This document shows positions 58,320 through 64,000 of a stretch of DNA of 64,000 nucleotides, one piece after another. The first letter of the stretch is position 1. Each line of letters opens with the position of its first letter. Position numbers and translations under genes: made by a program. A model generated the notes under the pieces. That model saw nothing but the letters and a program-made list of their open reading frames with translations, ran no database searches and was not told the DNA's origin. The DNA is from a virus, in the IMG/VR virus record IMGVR_UViG_3300045941_000233, positions 1 through 64,000 of that record. One strand, 5' to 3'.

Positions 58320-58595
58320 ATGGCGAATCGTGTTACTGGATTCGAGCAGATCACCGGACTAAATGTCGTCAAGCAATTGACGGTTCCGGCCGGATCCAGC
58401 TTCGCCTCGATTCGCGCTGTGACCCAAAACGTCCGCTACCGGCTTGATGGGACCGACCCAGAGGCCGGCATCGGCGAACAGATCAAGGCCGGCGCCGACC
58501 AGCCGACCATTTTGGTTATCCAAAACGGAATGATTGCCGCCAAATTCATTCAAGAGGCATCGTCTGCCGTCCTGAATGTCCATTACTTCGCATAG
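58320..58595 (+). CDS. small beta-rich virion-like protein, paralog A
   Basis: GFEQIT...LTVPAG...QNVRYRLDG.DP...LNVHYF. Confidence 0.75.
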   Translation: MANRVTGFEQITGLNVVKQLTVPAGSSFASIRAVTQNVRYRLDGTDPEAGIGEQIKAGADQPTILVIQNGMIAAKFIQEASSAVLNVHYFA

Positions 58596-58598
58596 ACC

Positions 58599-58865
58599 AT
58601 GGTACTCGGATTTCAACAGATCACGTCGCTATCGACGGCCATCGGCCTAACGGTCCCGGCCGGAACTCGATTCGCCTCGATTCGGGTTGAGTCCCAGAAC
58701 GTGCGTTACAGGCTGGACGGATCAAACCCGACAGCATCCGTCGGCGAGCAGCTAAAGGCCGCCGCGGACCAGCCGATCCAATTGTCGATCGACGAAGGCT
58801 TGCACGTCGTCAAATTCATCGAAGAAACGACGTCCGCAAAGCTTAACGTCCACTATTTCAGCTAG
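58599..58865 (+). CDS. small beta-rich virion-like protein, paralog B
   Basis: GFQQIT...LTVPAG...QNVRYRLDG.NP...LNVHYF. Confidence 0.75.
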   Translation: MVLGFQQITSLSTAIGLTVPAGTRFASIRVESQNVRYRLDGSNPTASVGEQLKAAADQPIQLSIDEGLHVVKFIEETTSAKLNVHYFS

Positions 58866-59037
58866 TGCGCGAGCTCATCACCAAACCGATCGACTCACGG
58901 CCACGCGCCTCTTGCGTTTTTTGCGCGGACGCGGGGACAGTGACAGTCGAGAAAGACGGCCGGCAGACGAAAGTCGCCTGCCCGCACTGCACCAAAAAAC
59001 CAGACACTTCAAATCTTGTCACTAAGGGGGTTTAGTC

Positions 59038-59343
59038 ATGGCCGAAAGCACAATCAGGATCGCACTGAAGAAAGTCCGCGACTTCCTTTCCTACGTCGCG
59101 CCGATCACTCCCATCAAGACCGACGATGCGCTGGTGGTCGTAATCGATGCGCTCCTGGCCGACGTTTTGCTTTTCGGGTGGTTCACCGTGAAGGTTGCCG
59201 AAGATCAAGCCGGCAAGCTGTCACTGGAAGCGGCCGAACCGCCGCAAGAGCTCCGCGGCCCGCTGGCCGATCGCCGGATCGAATGGAAGAAACTCATCGA
59301 AATGGCGCCGACGATTATTAGCCTTGTGAAGCTGTTTCTGTAG
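59038..59343 (+). CDS. hypothetical protein
   Basis: AAGGGG RBS; 101 aa. Confidence 0.65.
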   Translation: MAESTIRIALKKVRDFLSYVAPITPIKTDDALVVVIDALLADVLLFGWFTVKVAEDQAGKLSLEAAEPPQELRGPLADRRIEWKKLIEMAPTIISLVKLFL

Positions 59344-59388
59344 TCCAGCGTCGATCGACGCTATCTCTGCAGATCGAAAGAGGGGCCA

Positions 59389-60057
59389 ATGCCTGGCGAG
59401 TTACAACCGGTCGAAGAGCAGATCCTTTTCTGTCGCAATCCCGAGCAGTTTGGCGACGGGACGGCCCTGAACATCCTTCGAACCAATCGTCCCAAATGGT
59501 GGATCGTCAGAACTCCATCCTGGCTGACAGTCGATCAACTGAATCAGATTTTCGAAGCTGGCGTGAATCGTTGGTCGAAGGTGGCGAACGTCTATGCCAC
59601 CCGCGCGGACTCCATGGAGCTCGCGGACTGGATCATCGACGCGCAGAGCATCGACGGCCCGGGAAAGATTTTGGCCGACGCCGAGCTACCCGGCTTTTCC
59701 CGCCAGCAGAAAGTCCGGATCGACATTGCCGAGTCGGCGCTGCGCGATCGAATGTCTGACATTTTGGGCCATGAGGGCGGCCACCTATACGGCCTGCATC
59801 ACTTTTCGTCGGCGCCGCCGCCGGAGTGGATGGAACCGACGCTGGGCGTTGTGAACACGCCACAGCAGGCGGAAGCATCGCTGATGGCGCAGCTTTATGG
59901 CCTGCCGCAGTCAACTCCGCCGGGCTCCGGACCGAGCATTCCGCCGGTCGTCAGCACTTGCCGGATCGAGGTTGTTGACGGCATCGCGAAAGCGTCAATC
60001 AGTGTTCAGCAAGCCAACAAAAAGGCGATGCTGGACGGCAACAAGCAAATGGTTTAA
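59389..60057 (+). CDS. matrixin (M10)-like zinc metalloprotease
   Basis: WS.V.N, DGPG..LA.A..P, HEGGH.YGL.H, M.P, Q.LYG. Confidence 0.82.
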   Translation: MPGELQPVEEQILFCRNPEQFGDGTALNILRTNRPKWWIVRTPSWLTVDQLNQIFEAGVNRWSKVANVYATRADSMELADWIIDAQSIDGPGKILADAELPGFSRQQKVRIDIAESALRDRMSDILGHEGGHLYGLHHFSSAPPPEWMEPTLGVVNTPQQAEASLMAQLYGLPQSTPPGSGPSIPPVVSTCRIEVVDGIAKASISVQQANKKAMLDGNKQMV

Positions 60058-60076
60058 CGAAAACCCCGGGGGCGGG

Positions 60077-61783
60077 ATGTTTGGAGTTCTGTTTGTGCTG
60101 GCCACTATGGGCCAGATCGATATTCCACCGCTGCCCGGCTACTTGCCGGCGGCCGTCGCTCCTGCGCCGCAGCAAGTCGCGCCAATTGTCGAAGCGGTTC
60201 GCGTTCCGGACACCACGGATTATGTGGCATGGGCTGTGCAGGATCTAATGCTCCGCCAGCCGACGGACCGGCCATTCATGCGATACCTGGCCGTTCCCGC
60301 GTGGGGCGACATTAGCTGGCATCACGTCAATTCGTACATGGTCAATTCGGCCATCAGCCAGTCGAGCGTTACCGTGCGTCCGGAAGGAACCGCCGGCGGC
60401 TGGATGATCGTTTGGGATTTGCGGCGACTGGCGCCGAAAGAACATGATCTAAAGCGATTGCTGGCCGTCTGGGACGCTTTAGCGCACGGAGAGCCCTATT
60501 TCCATGTCGAGCTACCGCAAGGAAAACAAGTCGCCTGTCGGCAATACACCCATCTCGACGGCAAAATCTACACCCAGCGGCGATTTGTCCCCGCTCCGCA
60601 TGTTGCCGAAGGTTATGGCATCTTGGAGCGCGAGACTGCGGCTTTCGCGCCGCTTCTCCGGGCGGACTATTTTCTGAGGCGAGTCGCCAGCACGGTTGAT
60701 GGCGGTCTGTATTACCACTTCATCGGCTTCATCAGTGGCGGTAAGCGGCTGACCGAAACCGAGATTTTCAAGCTGGTTGGCCTGGACGTGGCACTTTCCC
60801 GCGGGGTCGAAGGCGACGACCGGGCGGCCGTGTTCCAGTCGGCAGTGACTGGCAAGCCGCGCACGGTCGAACAAGTCCAGGGCGCCATTGGTAAAGCGCG
60901 GATTACCTACGATCTATTCGACGAAGACGTCGAAGCCGGCCGGCATCCGATTTACGAATTGCTCGACTTTGTGAAGCGAGCTCGCGGCAAGGAATTGATT
61001 TACGAGCGGCAGAACGGGACTCTCGGCTATTTCCTGGCTGACGGCGAAGGGAAATTGGTCGATGTTGCCCCGCCAAATCTCGCCAGCGACCACAACACTC
61101 CGGCGCCGGTGACGAAGCAGCTTTTCCCGCCGCTTAGCTGCATTCGCTGCCACGGCCCGCATAGTGGCGTCCAGATCGTCCGAAACGACGTGCAGACGCT
61201 GTTAAGCGGCGGCAGCGGCGAAGTCGATTTGTTCGATGACCTGACCAGCAAGGACAACCGCTTCGCTACCGTCGATCGACTGGCTGGCCTGTATGCCGCG
61301 GCCGACGCTTTCAATTTCGACGCTGAACTGTCCCGCTCGCGGCATGCCGACGCCATTTTTCGGGCAACCCGCGGGATGGGTGTTCGCGAGCGCGAAAACG
61401 TAGCCTCCAAAGCCGCGGCCAAGCTGTCCGAGCAATTCGCCGACTATTGGTATCCCCGATCGCCGACCGAAGCGAACGTGAACGCCGACCGGGCTTGTCT
61501 GGAACTTGGCTGGCGAGTGCCGCCGGGAGATGGCTCCGCATTCTTGAATCAGACACTGCGGCCGCATCGCGTGGACTTTTCGGTCCAGGGCGTGCCTGTC
61601 GAGTCGGCCGATCCGGCCCTGGCTGCATTGCGGCGACTGAAAACGAACCCCGATGGGACGCTGTTCCTCCAAAACGGAAAGCCGGTTAGCGCCGGCCTGA
61701 CGATCCGGCGACAGGACTTGGATCGAATCTATCCATACGCCGCCGGCCAGATGATCGAAGCTCGAAAGAACCCAAAACCTTAA
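60077..61783 (+). CDS. planctomycete-type exported protein with a CxxCH motif
   Basis: Hydrophobic N-terminus; SCIRCH; E.I..R.NG...YFL.DG.G...D.AP..LA.D. Confidence 0.7.
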   Translation: MFGVLFVLATMGQIDIPPLPGYLPAAVAPAPQQVAPIVEAVRVPDTTDYVAWAVQDLMLRQPTDRPFMRYLAVPAWGDISWHHVNSYMVNSAISQSSVTVRPEGTAGGWMIVWDLRRLAPKEHDLKRLLAVWDALAHGEPYFHVELPQGKQVACRQYTHLDGKIYTQRRFVPAPHVAEGYGILERETAAFAPLLRADYFLRRVASTVDGGLYYHFIGFISGGKRLTETEIFKLVGLDVALSRGVEGDDRAAVFQSAVTGKPRTVEQVQGAIGKARITYDLFDEDVEAGRHPIYELLDFVKRARGKELIYERQNGTLGYFLADGEGKLVDVAPPNLASDHNTPAPVTKQLFPPLSCIRCHGPHSGVQIVRNDVQTLLSGGSGEVDLFDDLTSKDNRFATVDRLAGLYAAADAFNFDAELSRSRHADAIFRATRGMGVRERENVASKAAAKLSEQFADYWYPRSPTEANVNADRACLELGWRVPPGDGSAFLNQTLRPHRVDFSVQGVPVESADPALAALRRLKTNPDGTLFLQNGKPVSAGLTIRRQDLDRIYPYAAGQMIEARKNPKP

Positions 61784-61800
61784 TCCGAAAGGATCAAAAA

Positions 61801-62661
61801 ATGAAACGGTTACTGGCTTTGCTTGTATTGCTTGCTGTCTGGCTTACTGCAACTCCGGCCGATGCCTGCCACCGGTGCGGGATTTTCGGCCGTGGCTGCC
61901 GGTTTAATCACGTTCCGGCGGTCATTCACGCGGCGCCTTACGTCGCTCCGGCCTACGGCAACCAGACTTTTAATTTCATCAACAGCTACCCCCTGAACCT
62001 TATTCCTGGCGGCAATTCGGTGTACGGCTACAACCTAGCCGCCCAGCCGCTGGCTCTCGACGTTCCGCTGGTGCTCGATCGCTCCGCCCGACTGGCCGAA
62101 GCGTTTTCCGTCGGCGCCGTGCAGGCCCTGAACGGCCACAATGCCAACGTCCAAGGCGCTTTATCGCTGGTGGACGGCATCGATCGCCGATCGAAAAACA
62201 TTCAGGCATTTACGGCGACACTGCAGGCCAACAATGGAGCTCAGCCGGTCCAGTCCCCGCCGTCGCTGTCTTTTCGCGTGACTGTCGGCGCCGACGGCCA
62301 GCCGAAAGTTGAGCGATTGGAAGCCGGCAAACCATGCCCCGACGGCAATTGTCCAGATCCGGCAATCCCGCCGCCGTCGCCCATCCAGGCCCCCGAGCAG
62401 CCGCTGACGCCCAAGCAAACCGGATTGCAGTACCGCGGCCAGTCGCTGGGAGTGCTTTCGGCCGTTTGCGGTAAATGCCACGACGGGCTTGGCACAAAAG
62501 ACACTCCGCTTGGATTGGTCATTGACGATCGCGCCGTACTTACGCCAGATCAAAGGAAGCTGGCCTTGAAAAAAGTCGAGGCAGGAAAAATGCCGCCCCC
62601 GGGCTCGATAGCCGTCAGCATCGACGTCTTGAATAGCGTCCGGGCGGCCCTGGCAAACTGA
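61801..62661 (+). CDS. secreted protein with a C-terminal c-type cytochrome-like domain
   Basis: Signal peptide MKRLLALLVLL...ADA; CGKCH; distal GKMPP. Confidence 0.72.
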   Translation: MKRLLALLVLLAVWLTATPADACHRCGIFGRGCRFNHVPAVIHAAPYVAPAYGNQTFNFINSYPLNLIPGGNSVYGYNLAAQPLALDVPLVLDRSARLAEAFSVGAVQALNGHNANVQGALSLVDGIDRRSKNIQAFTATLQANNGAQPVQSPPSLSFRVTVGADGQPKVERLEAGKPCPDGNCPDPAIPPPSPIQAPEQPLTPKQTGLQYRGQSLGVLSAVCGKCHDGLGTKDTPLGLVIDDRAVLTPDQRKLALKKVEAGKMPPPGSIAVSIDVLNSVRAALAN

Positions 62662-62708
62662 ATCGTTCCGTTTGATTAACCAAAAACCTTAACCGAAAGG
62701 AAAGTTTT

Positions 62709-62957
62709 ATGAAGTTCGTTCTCTCCGTCGCCGCGGCCGTCGCCTTGCTGGCTGCTACCGCCGGCACCGCGAATGCGTTCCACGGTCCCGCCGCTCAGGC
62801 ATTTCGGAATGCCGGCAATCGGCAAGCCTTCCGTCAGGCGCAGCGGCTGAACAACCACCACCACGGCCGCCAGGCAATTTTACTTGTCCCGGTGGCTCCG
62901 CCAGTGCAGACATTTGTCGCCCCCAGCGGCGCCATTCTGCAGTTTCGGTCGTACTAG
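62709..62957 (+). CDS. small secreted protein
   Basis: Signal peptide ending ANA; AAGGA RBS. Confidence 0.65.
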   Translation: MKFVLSVAAAVALLAATAGTANAFHGPAAQAFRNAGNRQAFRQAQRLNNHHHGRQAILLVPVAPPVQTFVAPSGAILQFRSY

Positions 62958-62971
62958 GCCCGTATCGTCCA

Positions 62972-63307
62972 ATGCGTTTCGACATTTACCACCATCACGA
63001 ACACGATTCAGCGCTTCGAAAGTCACTTTCTGACATTTCGATGGCGATGGCATCGATACTTGGAAAGGTACTTCGCATGTCCGCATCCCTTGATCGCCTC
63101 ACCCGCGAGGTAGGCGAGATGAAAGAGCAGGTCAATTCCGCCGCGGAGAAGTTTGGAAAACTGGCAGAGCAAATCCGCCAGTTGAAAGACGACCCCGCGA
63201 AATTGGAGGCATTGGCCGACGACCTTGATGCCCAGCAGGCCACCTTGAAGTCGGCCGGCGATGCAGCTAGTCCGCCGGACGAACCGCCGGCAGAGCCGCC
63301 CGCATAG
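62972..63307 (+). CDS. coiled-coil small protein
   Basis: LDRLTREV...LAEQIRQLKDDPAKLEALADDLD. Confidence 0.65.
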   Translation: MRFDIYHHHEHDSALRKSLSDISMAMASILGKVLRMSASLDRLTREVGEMKEQVNSAAEKFGKLAEQIRQLKDDPAKLEALADDLDAQQATLKSAGDAASPPDEPPAEPPA

Positions 63308-63338
63308 TTTTGCGCGTCTCCGCACCGCAAACCCTTAC

Positions 63339-63370
63339 AGCCGACGGCTTAACTGCCGCCGGCTGTTTTC
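63339..63370 (+). terminator. putative terminator
   Basis: CAGCCG.CGGC...GCCG.CGGCTG stem followed by TTTTC. Confidence 0.5.
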
Positions 63371-63480
63371 GTTTGCCAGTCCAAGCTATTGCCGGTTTTT
63401 GCGCCTTTCCAGCAATATCTAGCTAGGCTCCGGGGGCGTGGCCGAGGCTTTCGTATTGTCCTCGTTGGTCGTCCAAAACC

Positions 63481-63864
63481 ATGCCCCAAGATCAAATCGA
63501 ATGGTTGCTGAAGACCGGCAGCATTTACGGGCTCGGATTTGCGGCCCTTGCTGTCGGCGTGTCGATGGCCTTTTATTTTTTGTGGCGGATTGGTCTGGGA
63601 GTGGCCAACTTCGTTGACGACGTGCGGACGAAATGGTTTCCGAATGTCGTCACCGGGCATTTGGCGTTTCTGTCGCGAACACAGGAGTCAAATGACGCCA
63701 CCCTGGCCGCGGTCGAAAAGATGACAGCCGGCCATGCCGTTTCCAGCGACAGCCACGAAAAAACTCACCGCGCTTTGGAATACATCGCCAGAGCACAGGC
63801 CGAGGGAGACGTTTGCGAAGACGCGCGAGCGTTTCTGGTCGAAGCCGTGAAGATTTTGAAGTAA
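63481..63864 (+). CDS. membrane protein (holin-like position and topology)
   Basis: Single N-terminal TM helix (YGLGFAALAVGVSMAFYFLW); function inferred. Confidence 0.5.
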   Translation: MPQDQIEWLLKTGSIYGLGFAALAVGVSMAFYFLWRIGLGVANFVDDVRTKWFPNVVTGHLAFLSRTQESNDATLAAVEKMTAGHAVSSDSHEKTHRALEYIARAQAEGDVCEDARAFLVEAVKILK

Positions 63865-64000
63865 CCGCCATCAAGGAGAGCCATAAAGCATGTCATTGAC
63901 GCTTGCCCAAAAACAGGCCCTGAAAACTCATGCTCTGAATAATCAAACCCAACTGGCATTTCCGGCCGGGCAGGCAACTATTGCCAGCAAGTTTGCTGCG

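Larger units (their letters stand above)
1..64000. mobile_element. Temperate tailed phage / prophage segment (HK97-fold head), probable Planctomycetota host
   Basis: Integrase, XRE regulator, replication module, large terminase, portal, prohead protease and major capsid are all present. No core housekeeping operons are seen. Both window ends look phage-like. Confidence 0.93.

Overview
The whole window looks like part of a large temperate tailed phage or prophage with an HK97-type head, probably infecting a planctomycete. The host is inferred from planctomycete-like RimI, CsrA, prepilin-type and CxxCH proteins. Layout: (1) an early/accessory cluster of small divergent genes (1-3.5 kb); (2) two glycosyltransferase-like genes and a prepilin-type gene; (3) a tyrosine integrase, tRNA-Arg(ACG), and LuxR and XRE regulators; (4) a replication/recombination operon (CsrA, AAA/Sak4-like ATPase, SSB-like protein, RecD2 helicase, Dam, ERCC4 nuclease, primase, P-loop helicase) ending in an iteron-rich origin; (5) a second early cluster (27-34.5 kb: DUF4942, DUF2958, beta-clamp-like, ASCH); (6) an Arg-rich peptide/PAPS-reductase-like/ParB module, a second CsrA and a probable small terminase; (7) gmd, large terminase, kdsB, rimI and a phosphoesterase; (8) portal, protease and capsid; (9) a tail-end block with a matrixin-like protease and two CxxCH proteins. 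The standout feature is at 43.3-45.2 kb. It has its own promoter with a palindromic operator, an uncharacterised gene, and a 7-unit, ~60-nt stem-loop array in which two 10-nt variable segments flank a conserved TGAAAYCG core. The array runs into a nuclease-less IS110/Nop-domain protein, so it is best read as a TIGR-Tas-like (TasA-type) RNA-guided system. Other unexplained signals are a strand-polarised GAGCTCGCC motif concentrated in the early clusters, an MVQIP N-terminus shared by three unrelated proteins, a promoter/operator shared by three operons, and CsrA-type GGA sites. All family calls come from motif recognition by eye; no database searches were run.
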